NCBI GenBank assembly: GCA_964016885.1
Contig: OZ024757.1
Span: forward strand, 24,366,001-24,430,000
Origin: Eledone cirrhosa
Taxonomy: Eukaryota
DNA: 64,000 bases
Direction: 5' to 3'
Shown here: positions 14,648 through 29,889 of the stretch, one piece after another
Position numbering within the stretch: position 1 is the stretch's first letter
Layout of the letters: each line of letters begins with the position of its first letter
The notes under the pieces: model-generated
What the model was told of the DNA's origin: nothing
Seen by the model: only the letters and a program-made list of their open reading frames with translations
Database searches by the model: none
Program-made: the position numbers and the translations under genes

Positions 14648-14832
14648 AATTGGCAGGATCGGTAGAGCTTTAGACGCCATGTTTTGCAACATAGAGTTAT
14701 GGCTCTTTATGGTCTGAGTTCAAATCCCGCCGAGGTTAACTTTGCCTTTCATCCTTACGGGGTCGATAAAATAAAGTACCAGTAATGCACTGGGTAATTT
14801 GCTGGCCTTGTGCCAAAAGTAGAAACAATTAT
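14648..14832 (+). mobile_element. Family 1 SINE
   Basis: Homologous to 771-954. Confidence 0.85.
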
Positions 14833-15822
14833 TGATACATCTTCTCTTTATGTGTAATGATACATCTTCTCTTTATGTGTAACACATTGAGTTAACACAG
14901 TACTGCATATAGATAACTTTCGTAAACATAACATACCTTTTCTTTATATGTTACACATAGACAACTTGTGTTAACATATCATTACACATACATAATCTAT
15001 GTTAACACATCACAACAGAGATAACTTATCTTGTGTAACACACTTTCTATATGTGTTACACATAGATAACTTGTGTGTATCATTACACATTTATAACCAT
15101 TGATGTAGATAACCTGTATACAATACACAGATAAATTAACGTTGCCTAACACACCCCATATCTTTGAGTTAGACATAAATATCCCGCGTTAACATGTCAT
15201 TAATATAGATAACACATCTGAATAGAGATAAATTTCACCTCATATCTTTATGAGTTACACATACAAAATATGTGTTAACACATCATTACACAAAAAATAA
15301 CTTGTGTATAAGACATCGTTACGCATAAATATCCCGTATATAATACACCTCATGTTTTTAGGTTACATTCCTAAAGATATATTTATCAACACATATTTAG
15401 GTGAGAAAAATAAACTTTCAGGGCGATTTCTACTTCTGATTTTTATTGTATTCTATTATTTTATTATATACATATATGTATGTTGTATATATATGCATAT
15501 ATATATTATATATATGTATATGTATATATTTACCGATGATGTTGATCTTTTCTTCTTTTCTACTGTCGCTCAGAGAGTGGGATTGGCTCAGTGCACAGTC
15601 TTTCCTCACTTTAAAAACATATCTTCACTCACAGGCATTGCACGATAGAATTAATTAATAATTATTAATAATGGTATATCATGCAATGGCCATACTCGAT
15701 AACGAGGGGGCAGCCATCATATGTGTATATATATGTATATATATATATTGTATGTATATATATATGTATATATATATATTTTATGTATATATATATATAT
15801 GTATATATATATTGTATGTATA

Positions 15823-16094
15823 CAGGGCCGGATTTAGATTTGATGAGGCCCTGAGCTATTTGAGATAATGGGGCCCTTTATATGTTATAAAAAAAATGTT
15901 ATAAAAGCTGCAAAACGTTTAATATTAAAGCAGAAAACTGTTTAAAACTATTGCATTATTTTAGTTCTTTTTTATCTTATATTTTGGAAATGTACACACC
16001 GTTTTTTTTGGTTTTTTTTCAATTTTTTCGGGGCCCCAAGAAAGTGGGGGCCCTAAGCTATAGCTTGTTTAGCTTATACGTAAATCCTACACTG
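15823..16094. mobile_element. hAT-like MITE
   Basis: Termini cagggccggattta / taaatcctacactg, subterminal gggccc repeats, near-identical 8-bp flanks tatgtata/tatgtatg. Confidence 0.7.
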
Positions 16095-16102
16095 TATGTA
16101 TG

Positions 16103-16133
<31 letters not shown>

Positions 16134-16167
16134 TGTATGTATATATATGTATATATATATATTGTAT

Positions 16168-16207
<40 letters not shown>

Positions 16208-16273
16208 AAATACAATATATATTGAAATGCGCATAATAAAATACTTGGAACTCTTTTAACCATCTTTTGATCT

Positions 16274-16329
<56 letters not shown>

Positions 16330-16333
<4 letters not shown>

Positions 16334-16525
16334 GGAACCAGTAAGACCCCGACAGCTGAGCTCAAGCCGTTTCGACGGCTAATTCTGGACTCCAGAATTA
16401 GCCGTCGAAACGGCTTGAGCTCAGCTGTCGGGGTCTTACTGGTTCCTATTACCCACTCTACTACCTCAAGTATTGAGTACTTTGGTGCGTTATGGTCCAC
16501 CTGGTTCCTTACCACATTTCCTTCG

Positions 16526-16528
<3 letters not shown>
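16330..16528 (+). mobile_element. Fold-back element, family E
   Basis: Perfect palindrome ~16330-16450 centred on ctggactccag plus tail, between (TA)n tracts. Confidence 0.75.
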
Positions 16529-16600
<72 letters not shown>

Positions 16601-16610
16601 CATACACACG

Positions 16611-16721
16611 CAGGGTGTTCCCAAAAAATGTATACACTACTTTGATTACCTGTACAGGCAATATTTATGTATTTATTTATTAGAATGCTGTTGAAGTTTG
16701 TCTACATAATTTGGGGACACC

Positions 16722-16724
<3 letters not shown>
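16611..16724. mobile_element. Tc1/mariner-like MITE
   Basis: TIRs cagggtgttcccaaa / tttggggacaccctg followed by TA. Confidence 0.7.
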
Positions 16725-16765
<41 letters not shown>

Positions 16766-17143
16766 GTTTTTATATATATAGACACACACACACACACACG
16801 CACACACACACACACACATATGTATATTCATTGAAGACAGAATTATTTGAAGAAAAGAAATCTGTGCACCTCAAAACTAGATCAGACCGGTTTTAGAAAA
16901 CTTTAAAAGAAAAATTGGTGCTGGAGTGGGCGTGGGCGTGGGCGTGGTCTTCTCTCTGCCTCAATTCAATCAAGTTTATTCCAAAAGGAGTTCGAAATAT
17001 AGATACATACATACATACATACATACATACATACATACATACATACATACATACATGATGGCTGCCCCCTCGTTATCGAGTATGGCCATTGCACAAGAAA
17101 AAATAAAAATAAAATAAAATAAAAAATAAAAAAAAAATAAAAA

Positions 17144-17178
<35 letters not shown>

Positions 17179-17312
17179 TTTAAAAAAAAAGGGGAAAAGA
17201 TATATATATACACACATATATACACACACACATACATATACATACATACATATATACACACACACATACATACACATACACTCACACATATATACACACA
17301 TACATTAATAAC

Positions 17313-17343
<31 letters not shown>

Positions 17344-17360
17344 GCAATAATAATAATACA

Positions 17361-17395
<35 letters not shown>

Positions 17396-17407
17396 GCATC
17401 TATATAC

Positions 17408-17501
<94 letters not shown>

Positions 17502-17746
17502 CAAAAAGTTGACGTGGTTGCCTAAACACTGTACGGCGTAAGTCGGGCAAACCAAGCATTATAATAAATGTTCGGTGAACCGATACGTGCATATATATAT
17601 GTGTGCCTGTATGGATATATATACATACTACTGTACGTCTGTATACATATATGTATGTACGTATACATACATACATACATACATACTTACATTTAAGTAA
17701 GTGCCGTACGAAGAGTGAAAAATGAAATTTCGTTTCATTTTATTCC

Positions 17747-17792
<46 letters not shown>

Positions 17793-17805
17793 ATGTATGT
17801 ATGTA

Positions 17806-17871
<66 letters not shown>

Positions 17872-18329
17872 TACATACATGCACATATATATATATGAGT
17901 GTGTGTATATACACACATATATATATATATATATACATATATATACATATATATACATACACACACATATATATACATTTGAGTGTGTGTGTATATATAT
18001 ATGTATATATATTTGATATATATTTATCCTTATCGAGCCCTCTTTGGATTTTAGTCTTCAAATTTATTATTATTACTATATATATATATGTGTGTGTGTG
18101 TGTGTCTGTGTGTATTTATAATAAAAGAAATAATAGCAACTATTATTTTAATAAAGTACCAGTAATGCACTGGGTAATTGCTGGCCTTGTGCCTAACGTA
18201 GAAACAATTATTTTAATTAACTTTTGTCGTATTCTTATCGTGTGTTGTCATTGCGTGGCTGACCACATCTCGGTCTGTCTTGGGATGTGTAGCGTTGCTT
18301 TTGGTGGTGCTGTTTCTACTGCTAGTAAT

Positions 18330-19070
18330 GCTGTATCACTTATAACAATTAGGAAAACTTCAAAAGTATTTAACTCTAGTGGTCTTGGTCTTCGGTCACC
18401 GGCCTTTCTTTCGTCTGTAACCCCTTGCCGAGTCCTCATCAGCAGGGTTCTCCACAACACAACGGAACCCACCGCGATTGAGTTATGCGAGGCCGCCTGC
18501 GGGACTTGGAACCGGCTCGGACTCCGCCAGGTAGACGTCTCTACTCCTCTTCACCCTGTAGACATCAAACCCCCCGAGCATATTGGATGCCATTCAGTGC
18601 AACATGGTCTCGGACAGGCTAACACACCAGCTCACCCAGCATCGCCTCGCATGTTTTCACTCAGCCTCGCAACCCCACAGTAGTTCCTAGCTCAATGCCT
18701 TACCCTCCTTCCCGACTGGCACGCAGTTGGATAATGATAGGTTACGGATCAGGGTTTCTCTGAGCTTCGGCCTCCGGAACTGCGAGCCACATAATGTCGC
18801 TGTGGATCCACTGTAGTCTCTTTCAGCCTCCACTATCTTTCCTGGCGCTACAGTGCCGGCCACCTTCCACGCCCTGCTGCTCTCAACGAGGTCATAAAGC
18901 TTGGCTTGAATGTTGCAGGCTTCACCTCCCAGCTCCAGACGGCGGGGCTGGACCGAGGGCACGGCAAAGGGCCAGACGGCACGACCATCTTCCCGCTTCG
19001 CGGTGGTAAACCCCTCGTCCGGTATGCCACATGCAGCGACACATTCTCCAGGTTTGTGGAAGGCCAATGT
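18330..19070 (-). mobile_element. Decayed CRE-like retrotransposon fragment
   Basis: GC-rich island; ggtttaccaccgcgaagcgggaagatggtcgtgccgtctggcc on the minus strand aligns with 8455-8500 (aggggtttgccaccgcggaacgggaaaatggtcatgccatctggcc), so coding orientation is uncertain. Confidence 0.5.
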
Positions 19071-19726
19071 GTCCTGTTATAAAGCCATACCATCACAGCT
19101 TCTCTCTCGCCCTCAACATTCCTTTATAAAATAGTCTGTGGCGGACCAATATATCTTGTTCAAAGACTATACCATCACAGCTTCTCTCTCGCCCTCAACA
19201 TTTCCTTATAAAATAGTCTGTTGCGGGCCAATATGTCTTGTTACAAGACTATACCATCACAGCTTCTCTCTCGCCCTCAACATTCCTTTATAAAATAGTC
19301 TGTGGCGGACCAATATATCTTGTTCAAAGACTATACCATCACAGCTTCTCTCTCGCCCTCAACATTTCCTTATAAAATAGTCTGTTGCGGGCCAATATGT
19401 CTTGTTACAAGACTATACCATCACAGCTTCTCTCTCGCCCTCAACATTCCTTTATAAAATAGTCTGTTGCGGGCCAATATGTCTTGTTACAAGACTATAC
19501 CATCACAGCTTCTCTCTCGCCCTCAACATTCCTTTATAAAATAGTCTGTTGCGGGCCAATATATCTTGTTCAAAGACTATACCATTACAGCTTCTCTCTC
19601 GCCCTCAACATTTCCTTATAAAATAGTCTGTGGCGGGCCAATATATCTTGTTCAAAGACTATACCATCACAGCTTCTCTCTGCCCTCAACATTTCCTTAT
19701 AAAATAGTCTGTGGCGGGCCAATATG
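19065..19726. repeat. 82-83-bp tandem repeat, ~8 copies
   Basis: Unit ataccatcacagcttctctctcgccctcaacattcctttataaaatagtctgtggcggaccaatatatcttgttcaaagact. Confidence 0.95.
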
Positions 19727-19938
19727 TTTTCTTTACTAAAGTGAGAAGGTTTTTCGTTGAGGTGAATGTGATGCTAGATGGTTTTGTGTACATGCACATT
19801 TCTGAAATGGTTTATGTGTGTAAACGTTGGCATTTTTTTTATATTCGAACTCTGCATTTATATATATACACACGTAAATATACATATATATTCACAAATA
19901 CATGTGTGTGTGAGTGCATGGACGATGGAATTGCAAAG

Positions 19939-20034
<96 letters not shown>

Positions 20035-20476
20035 CATCTATGATTATATTTTTTTTTAAAAAACATGTTTGTAAACGTGGTCATTTCGTATTTTCGGACC
20101 CTACATATACAGTGTGTGTGTGGGGGGGGGGGGGGGGCGATGTGTTGCATTTTAATGAATATAAACTTCACTACCAAATCGAAGAGTGACACGTTCTGTT
20201 AACGGCTGTGGACTACACCTTACTCTGTAGAGAGATAGAGAGAGGAAGGGAGAGAGAGAGAGAGATTGAATGAGCGGAACCGAGAGAGACGTGGAGAGAG
20301 AGATAGAAAGAGATGAGAGGTCGGAGTGGAGAGGAGAGAGAGAGAGAGAGAGAGGGGGGGGTGAGAGAGTGGGTAAAAACCTACCAGACAAGTCAGGACG
20401 GTTTACAAACGATAACGACATTTAGTCACTATGTATAATATAACAGCCATAGAGAGTGACTATATGGTTGGCATAA

Positions 20477-20532
<56 letters not shown>

Positions 20533-20563
20533 GTATATACATATATGTATATAATTAGAATTT

Positions 20564-20607
<44 letters not shown>

Positions 20608-20701
20608 GACACATATATATATATTTATGTGTATGTATGTATGTACATACATAAACATATGTATGTTTACGTATGTATATAAATATATGTATAGGTGTAA
20701 G

Positions 20702-20732
<31 letters not shown>

Positions 20733-21199
20733 ACATACACACATATATATATTTATGTTTATGTATGTACATACATAAACATATGTATATGATTACGTAT
20801 GTGTGTGTATATATATATGTATAGGTGTAGGTATATATATATATATATATATAGTATGTGTGTGTATTTATATGTCTATAAATACATATATAGTATGTGT
20901 GTGTGTATATATATATATGTATATATATATATAATAGTATGTGTGTGTATTTATATGTCTATAAATACATATATAGTATGTGTGTGTGTATATATATATA
21001 TATATATAGTATGTGTGTGTATTTATATGTCTATAAATACATATATAGTATGTGTGTGTGTATATATATATATGTATATATATATATAATAGTATGTGTG
21101 TGTATTTATATGTCTATAAATACATATATAGTATGTGTGTGTGTATATATATATATATATATAGTATGTGTGTGTATTTATATGTCTATTAATACATAT

Positions 21200-22492
21200 T
21201 ATGTCAGGTCACCAGTTGGTGCTACTGGTAACATGTATCCCAGTACAACCTGTCTCATGGTCGGGTCGTTGGCGACTAAACTGGCAACCCCACCAAGGTT
21301 TCTTGGTGAGGAGGGTGACTTTGGACATCCTGCAGGACTAAAAACAAAACCTGTCAAAGGGCAAAGGAGCTCTTAAGAGTCAATGGCCTTCCAAAATCAC
21401 CGGGAGAGATGACCCCTTAGCCTTTGTCAAGGCAGAATTCTAGGAGAAGGAAAACTCTGATATAACATCTGCAACCCTGATGGTATCCAATGATGTTGAC
21501 TTGTTCTTCTTTTTGGTAAATATCATCTTGGTTAAGAGAGTGGGACTGGCTTTGTGAAATGCCTTTGCTCACTATAAAAGCTTCACGGCACAGGCATTGC
21601 TTTATATCTGGAGATCTCTCTGCACTTGTCATCACATGGTACCATGGGCCCAGCACTGTGTGTCAATAATTGTCACAGGTGTAGTGTTTGTACCAGAGTT
21701 TTCAAGTCGCTGGCTGGACTAAAAAGTCACACTCGTTCAGCGCATCGGTAGGGGTTCTCCTACATGGATATAAAGTAGTGGCCGTACTCGAAAACGAGTT
21801 GGCAGCCACCATGTATGTATGTATGTATGTATGTATGTATGTATGTATGTATGTATGTATGTATGTATGTATGTATGTATGTATGTCAGGTCACCAGTTG
21901 GTGCTACTGGTAACATGTATCCCAGTACAACCTGTCTCATGGTCGGGTCGTTGGCGACTAAACTGGCAACCCCACCAAGATTTCTTGGTGAGGAGGGTGA
22001 CTTTGGACATCCTGCAGGACTAAAAACAAAACCTGTCAAAGGGCAAAGGAGCTCTTAAGAGTCAATGGCCATCTAAAATCACCGGGAGAGATGACCCTTT
22101 AGCCTTTGTCAAGGCAGAATTCTAGGAGAAGGAAAACTCTGATATAACACCTGCAACCCTGGTGGTATCCAATGATGTTGACTTGTTCTTCTTTTTGGTA
22201 AATATCATCTTGGTTAAGAGAGTGGGACTGGCTTTGTGCAGTGCCTTTGCTCACTATAAAAGCTTCACGGCACAGGCATTGCTTTATATCTGGAGATCTC
22301 TCTGCACTTGTGGTCACATGGTACCATGGGCCCAGCACTAAGTGTCAATAATTGTCACAAGTGTAGTGTTTGTACCAGAGTTTTCAAGTCGCTGGCTGGA
22401 CTAAAAAGTCACACTCGTTCAGCGCATCGGTGGGGGTTCTCCTACATGGATATAAAGTAGTGGCCGTACTCGAAAACGAGTTGGCAGCCACC
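21200..22492 (-). mobile_element. Head-to-tail dimer of a ~610-bp retroelement with a (CATA)n tail and one 12-bp TSD
   Basis: 21200-21811 matches 21882-22492, joined by (TATG)n; attaatacatat at 21188-21199 and 22493-22504. Confidence 0.8.
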
Positions 22493-22581
22493 ATTAATAC
22501 ATATATAGTATGTGTGTGTGTATATATATATATATATAATAGTATGTGTGTGTATTTATGTCTATACATACATATATAGTA

Positions 22582-22613
<32 letters not shown>

Positions 22614-22916
22614 CATACACGTTTGCACATGTATCTATAATGTGAATGTGTATATGTGTGTGTATATGTGTATGAATGTGTATATGTGTGTGTGTGTGTG
22701 AATATATATCTATACATACGTGTTCATATTCATATAGGTATTTACTCGTATGTATACACAAGCACACATAAACATACACACACACATATATATATACATA
22801 TATATATATATACAATTCAATATATTAATAAATTTACTCCAGTAAAACTGTTGAGTGCTTTATATCAGTTATAAAACTTTTAAGGTTATTGAATCCCAAC
22901 AAATTAAATATAACTT

Positions 22917-23292
22917 TTGCAGATGGTGGATGGGTGCTACACGAGAATGCTGAGGATGGCTCTGAACATTAATCAGTATACACTGAGGATGAAAAACTCA
23001 GAGCTGTATGGGAGCATCCCAAAAGTCAGCTCAAAAGTGACACAGAGGAGACTGAGGTTGGCTGGACATGCTCACCGACATCCAGAGTTGACACTGCACT
23101 CAGTGCTCCTTTGGGAGCCCCTACATGAACACACTAGAAGAGGAAGACCAAGGTTAACATATGTTGATGCCCTAAGGACAGACACTGGTCTGTTGGAGAT
23201 GCAGGATATGGCAGCGATAATGAGGGACAGAGACCGCTGGAGAGAACTCGTCCATGGATCTCGGGAATTTTACCCGCCTTAGATAGATAGAT
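22917..23292 (+). mobile_element. RTE LINE 3' fragment
   Basis: DGCYTRMLRMALNI...RLRLAGHAHRHPE...WEP...RRGRP; (TAGA)n tail. Confidence 0.88.
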
Positions 23293-23500
23293 ATATGTGT
23301 GTGTGTGTGTGTGATACACATCTATCCAGCTAAATGATGGACAACCTCCATGTTTCCTTCATCAATTGACCACAAGATGACCTGATAAGGAAACCTACCC
23401 GATCAGGTCATTCCCACTTACATAAAATAGCAGCTAGATCCTGCTCATACACACACGCAAACCACACCCTATGTTTTATTAGTCTGTCTCTGATAGATAA

Positions 23501-24070
<570 letters not shown>

Positions 24071-24531
24071 TATATATATTAGTATGTATGTATATGCATG
24101 TATATATATGCATGTATGTATATATATATATATGTATGTATATATGTATATAAATATGTGCGTGTATATAAGTGTTTATATATAAATATATGTGTTTATA
24201 TATATATATGTATATAAATATGTGCGTGTATATATGTGTTTATATATATATATATATATGTATATAAATATGTGCGTATATATATGTATATAAATATGTG
24301 CGTGTATATATGTGTTTATATATATATGTATATAAATAAATATGTGCGTGTATATATGTGTTTATATGTATGTGTGTACATGTGAATATATATATAGAGA
24401 TATATATATATATACACACATATACATACATGCATACTATATATATTCATATATGTGGTTGATGGTTTAACTATGTGAGTGGGAGTTAGTGTGTTGGTTA
24501 TGCTTTAGAGTTAATAGAGGGTGTGACTATA

Positions 24532-24546
24532 CTAGTAGTAGCAGTG

Positions 24547-24587
<41 letters not shown>

Positions 24588-24615
24588 AGTAGTAGTAGTA
24601 GTAGTGGTGGTGGTG

Positions 24616-24649
<34 letters not shown>

Positions 24650-24760
24650 CAGCAGTAGTAGTAGTAGTAGTAATAATAGTAGTGGTGGTAGTAGTAATAG
24701 TAGTGGTGGTAGTAGTAATAGTAGTGGTAGTAGTAATAGTAGTAGTGGTAGTGGTGGTGG
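24532..24760. repeat. (TAG/TGG)n trinucleotide repeat
   Basis: Directly visible. Confidence 0.95.
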
Positions 24761-24855
24761 TCAATGCATAGGTGCATGTTACAATGACCTTAAACGGCTA
24801 CATCGACACCACGAATTTCCCAGTCTATTTCTCTTTAACCACTTACATATTATAA

Positions 24856-24903
<48 letters not shown>

Positions 24904-24920
24904 ACATATATATATATATA

Positions 24921-25118
24921 GTTTTAATATAGATGAGATTCTACAGGACTAGAACTGTTTCATTCTTTAGAAATCATCAGGAATCAGATTCCTGATGATT
25001 TCTAAAGAATGAAACAGTTCTAGTCCTGTAGAATCTCATCTATATTAAAACTTTTATACTCTGCAATGTATTGAGTACCTTACTTACTGTGGTTACCTCC
25101 GATTCAACCCGGAATAAC

Positions 25119-25122
<4 letters not shown>
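24921..25122 (+). mobile_element. Fold-back element, family A, second copy with back-to-back hammerheads
   Basis: Arms 24921-24985/24987-25051; shared parts appear identical to 13342-13732, with the same two termini. Confidence 0.85.
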
Positions 25123-25736
<614 letters not shown>

Positions 25737-25791
25737 ATTACATATAATCAGTTACAACAGTGGCATATACAGGTGCGTCATAATAATGGCG

Positions 25792-25860
25792 TCCATCTGA
25801 GGACAGGGGCCGGGAGCACTACCTTCCTAATTGCCGCTCGATTGAAACGATCGTTGATAG
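25792..25860 (+). ncRNA. Degenerate hammerhead-like motif
   Basis: CTGAGGA...GAAA-cgatcg-TT with palindromic stem III acgatcgt; stem I imperfect. Confidence 0.45.
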
Positions 25861-26002
25861 TTGTCCCCTACTGCTTCTGTTGGAATCCGCTAGATGGCGT
25901 TAGCCATCAGCTTCCAAAATTCATAGCTAAAAGGCTTTCAAATATTTATTCGTAAGCATACCATTTATCATTAGCTATACAAAATTCCCATACCCCCAGC
26001 AC

Positions 26003-26051
<49 letters not shown>

Positions 26052-26053
<2 letters not shown>

Positions 26054-26333
26054 GGTTTGTTGGTTCACCACTGGATAGAACTGGTCCTTCCGTATGGTCA
26101 ATCTCGATGTAATATTATGGAGAGCACTCGAGGGCGGCCGACTGAGGTAGAAGCTGCTAAATGGTCAGTCGTCCTCTTGTCTCTGATTTTCAGCCCCATG
26201 GATTTTATCTGTTATATTCCTTTGTTATATTTTGAATACCTGATGATATCACCGGATTCATACTGAACCCGGTCATTGAAATGATCATAGTATAATAAAC
26301 CTTTCAAGGATTTACACCAGTCCAGCCTCCTGT

Positions 26334-26340
<7 letters not shown>
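26052..26340 (+). mobile_element. Family B element with hammerhead at 26236-26293
   Basis: atac-CTGATGA-..accggattcatactgaacccggt..-GAAA-tgatca-TA-gtat; flanked by (TA)n on both sides. Confidence 0.8.
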
Positions 26341-26386
<46 letters not shown>

Positions 26387-26638
26387 ATAATAATGATGGC
26401 TGCGCGTTGCAAATGGGGTGCATATGAAAAAGTAAGTCCTTCATCAGTGACCCTCCAACCGTCCCAGGCATTTCATCGCTTTAAGGGCCATATACCTCAG
26501 GTTGGTGCGAACAATGGCTAAAAAAAGTCGTTGGGACACGTAAATAAAGGGGACGTTAGGGTAACAAACAAAATGGTTTAAGATATATATATATATAAAT
26601 AAATATGTGTGTGTGTTTATTTTTACTATACATATTAT

Positions 26639-26700
<62 letters not shown>

Positions 26701-26817
26701 TATTACTATATATATAAATATGTGTGTGTTTATTTTTACTATACATATTATTACTATATATATATATTATATATATATAGTAATAATATGTATAGTAAAA
26801 ATAAACACACACAATAT

Positions 26818-27167
26818 GGAAGCACATGGCTTAGTGGTTAGAGCATTGGCCTTGCAATCGAAAGTTGTGAGTTCAATTCTCAGACCGGGTGATGTGTTGT
26901 TTCCTTGAGCAAGACACTTTATTTCACATTGCTCCAGTTTACTCAGCTGTAGAAATGAGATGATAGGGACTGGGGTCCCTATCATTCCTCTGCAAAGTGG
27001 TTGTGGAGGTGCCACGGCAAAAAAAAAGCACCCACCACTCACTGTAAATGAGGTTGGTGTTAGGAAGGGCATCCAGCTGTAGAAATCAAGCCAGAATCAG
27101 TTCCCGTCCCACCCTTGCAAGCAGGGAAAAGCGGACGTAAAATGAAATGATGATGATGATGATGATG
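26818..27167 (+). mobile_element. tRNA-headed CORE-like SINE (family 2) with RTE-derived 3' tail
   Basis: A box tggcttagtgg, B box gagttcaattc, ttgagcaagacactt core, tail cccacccttgcaagcagggaaaagcggacgt(gat)n. Confidence 0.85.
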
Positions 27168-27277
27168 ATATATATATTATATATAGGAAGAGGTAGAGAA
27201 ATGATGATATCCAAACATAGGATCACTAACAATGATAACAGCATTAGAAAACCCTTAATAATAGAAAATGTGTAAGC

Positions 27278-27356
27278 AACCGCCACTACAGAGAATCGAA
27301 CCCTGTATCACTTGAATCCCGGCTAAGTGAGCTAACCTTTACGCCAAATGGCATCT
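27278..27356 (-). mobile_element. tRNA-like SINE head or tRNA pseudogene
   Basis: Minus strand tggcgtaaagg (A box) and gggttcgattc (B box). Confidence 0.5.
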
Positions 27357-27472
27357 GACAAACTTTTTTTTGTCCAAATTAAGAATTGTATATAAGTAGC
27401 CTTAGCTGCAAGAGCAGGGAGAAATAATTCTCGTATTTTTGTAGAACATTATTGTCCCCTTACGAGGGCGAT

Positions 27473-28226
27473 GGATTGGTAGTATCGGTAGAGGGTCGGA
27501 CGCCATGCTTTGACGCATAGAGTTACGGTCTTTGCCATTCTGAGTTCAAATCCCGTCGAGGTTAACTTTGCCTTTCATCCTTACGGGGTCGATAAAATAA
27601 AGTACCAGTAATGCACTGGGTAATTACTGGCCTTGTGCCAAAAAGTAGAAACAATTATTGTCCCTTTACGATCTGAGTTCAAATCCCGCCGAGGTTAACT
27701 TTGCCTTTCATCCTTACCGGGTCGATAAACTCAAGTACCAGTAATGTACTGGGGTAATTGCTGGCCTTGTGCCTAAAATAGAAACAATTATTACAACGCC
27801 GGTGGATTGGCAGTATCGGTAGAGGGTCGGACGCCATGCTTTGACGTATAGAGTTACGGTCCTTGCCATTCTGAGTTCAAATCCCGCCGAGGTCAACTTT
27901 GCCTTTCATCCTTACGGGGTCGATAAAATAAAGTACCAGTCACGCACTGGGGGGGGGGGGGCGATTTAATCGACTTTCCCCTCCCCCAAAATTGCTGGCG
28001 GCCGTGTGCCTATATAACAAACAATTATTACAACGCCGGTGGATTGGCAGTATCGGTAGAAGGTCGGACGCCATGCTTTGCAGCTTAGAGTTGCGGCCCT
28101 TTACAGTCTGTGTTCAATTCCTGCCGAGCTCAGCTTTGCCTTTCATCCTGACGGGGTCGATAAAATAAAGTACCAGTAATGCACTGGGTAATTGCTGGCC
28201 TTGTGCCAAATGTAGAAACAATTATT
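27473..28226 (+). mobile_element. Tandem cluster of four family 1 SINEs
   Basis: Repeated heads ggattgg..agtatcggtaga at ~27473, 27803 and 28041 plus a 5'-truncated copy at ~27660. Confidence 0.88.
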
Positions 28227-28269
28227 ACAACTTAATGACCGAAAGAATACGATAACGACTACAAGCGGG

Positions 28270-28650
28270 CGAATTGGGGTTCTTCTGAAGGGTCTTTGGT
28301 GTGCGTAGCTCGGAGATCGGACAGTCACTCCAGGTAAAGCCATTACTTCTCTAAATTGAGAGATCACAACTCCAAATTACGGTTATGTGGATAGAATGTC
28401 TCGGGAAGGAATCGCCGGACAGATTCTACAGGCAAAACCAACAGGTAGGAAACTCAGGGATAGTCCCACAGCCAGATGATTGAATAACATCCATGAGCTC
28501 TGCTTGTCCTACTTGGGGGGTGTAGCCGGGACCAATTGGAGACGGTTGCATCTGACTGAACCCGCCGGAAGGAGTGTGTTTGAGGACTCTTCCCCTACGA
28601 TCCCCCTAGGAATTGAGAGAAAAAGAAGATAAAGATAGAGATGATGATGC
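28270..28650 (+). mobile_element. Decayed RTE-like LINE 3' fragment
   Basis: Reads MSRERIAGQILQAKPTGRKLRDSPTAR; ends in an (GAT)-rich tail. Confidence 0.55.
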
Positions 28651-28874
28651 AGATGATTATAACGACTGCTCTTATTTTCATATTTAAGAAGAATTCATTC
28701 CATTTTGCTTTGTTGGACAGCGTTGAAAGCTTTTGAGAAATCTATAAAGATGTAGCCAGGACCTCTACAACGCTACCATCACAGTAACACCATCATTTCT
28801 ACACACCAATGCAACTACAAAATCACAACACCACTATCTAAAAACCACAGTAAACACCCCTCTATAAAACAGTT

Positions 28875-29408
28875 TATCTAGCCATCGATCTATCAGTCTG
28901 TCTGTCTGTCTGTCTATCTAGCCATCGATCTATCAGTCTGTCTGTCTGTCTGTCTATCTAGCCATCGATCTATCAGTCTGTCTGTCTGTCTGTCTATCTA
29001 GCCATCGATCTATCAGTCTGTCTGTCTGTCTGTCTATCTAGCCATCGATCTATCAGTCTGTCTGTCTGTCTGTCTATCTAGCCATCGATCTATCAGTCTG
29101 TCTGTCTGTCTGTCTATCTAGCCATCGATCTATCAGTCTGTCTATCTAGCCATCGATCTATCAGTCTGGTCTATCTAGCCATCGATCTATCAGTCTGTCT
29201 GTCTGTCTGTCTATCTAGCCATCGATCTATCAGTCTGTCTGTCTGTCTATCTAGCCATCGATCTATCAGTCTGTCTATCTAGCCATCGATCTATCAGTCT
29301 GTCTATCTAGCCATCGATCTATCAGTCTGTCTATCTAGCCATCGATCTATCAGTCTGTATATCTAGCCATCGATCTATCAGTCTATCTATCTAGCCATCG
29401 ATCTATCG
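28875..29408. repeat. Minisatellite tctatctagccatcgatctatcag(tctg)n
   Basis: About 16 units of variable length with a shrinking (tctg)n spacer. Confidence 0.95.
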
Positions 29409-29889
29409 ATGTCTGTCTGTCTGTCTGTCGCCCATAATATTTTTAATTATTTGTTAACATCACCTCAATTCTGTTTTGTTTTTTTAATATATCGTATTAT
29501 GTATAACTACATTCACGTAGGCCAAACCCACCGCCGCCGCCGCCGCCACCACCACCGCCACCACCAACAACAACAACAACCCAGCTCACACCTATAGCCA
29601 CCACATTCCACCCTGATACTACCACCAACACCTCCAGCACAACGACAAATACCACACCACACTACACCACACCACACACACACACCCTGCGTTCTCAGAC
29701 GTCACCCATCACCGCCATCTACCCGGCTCCCACCCAATTCCCATACTATATAACCACCGTCGCCGCCACCACTGCCGCCAGCCTACCTGAAATACACTCC
29801 ACTCGTACAATACACCGCCGCCACCACACCTGCAACACACGTCACTTACACAATACAGTCTATTCAGTGCGTTTCTCACCTTATTAAGG

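Noticed and set aside
26818-26890. Functional tRNA genes at SINE heads
   Set aside because: No complete cloverleaf; continuous with SINE bodies
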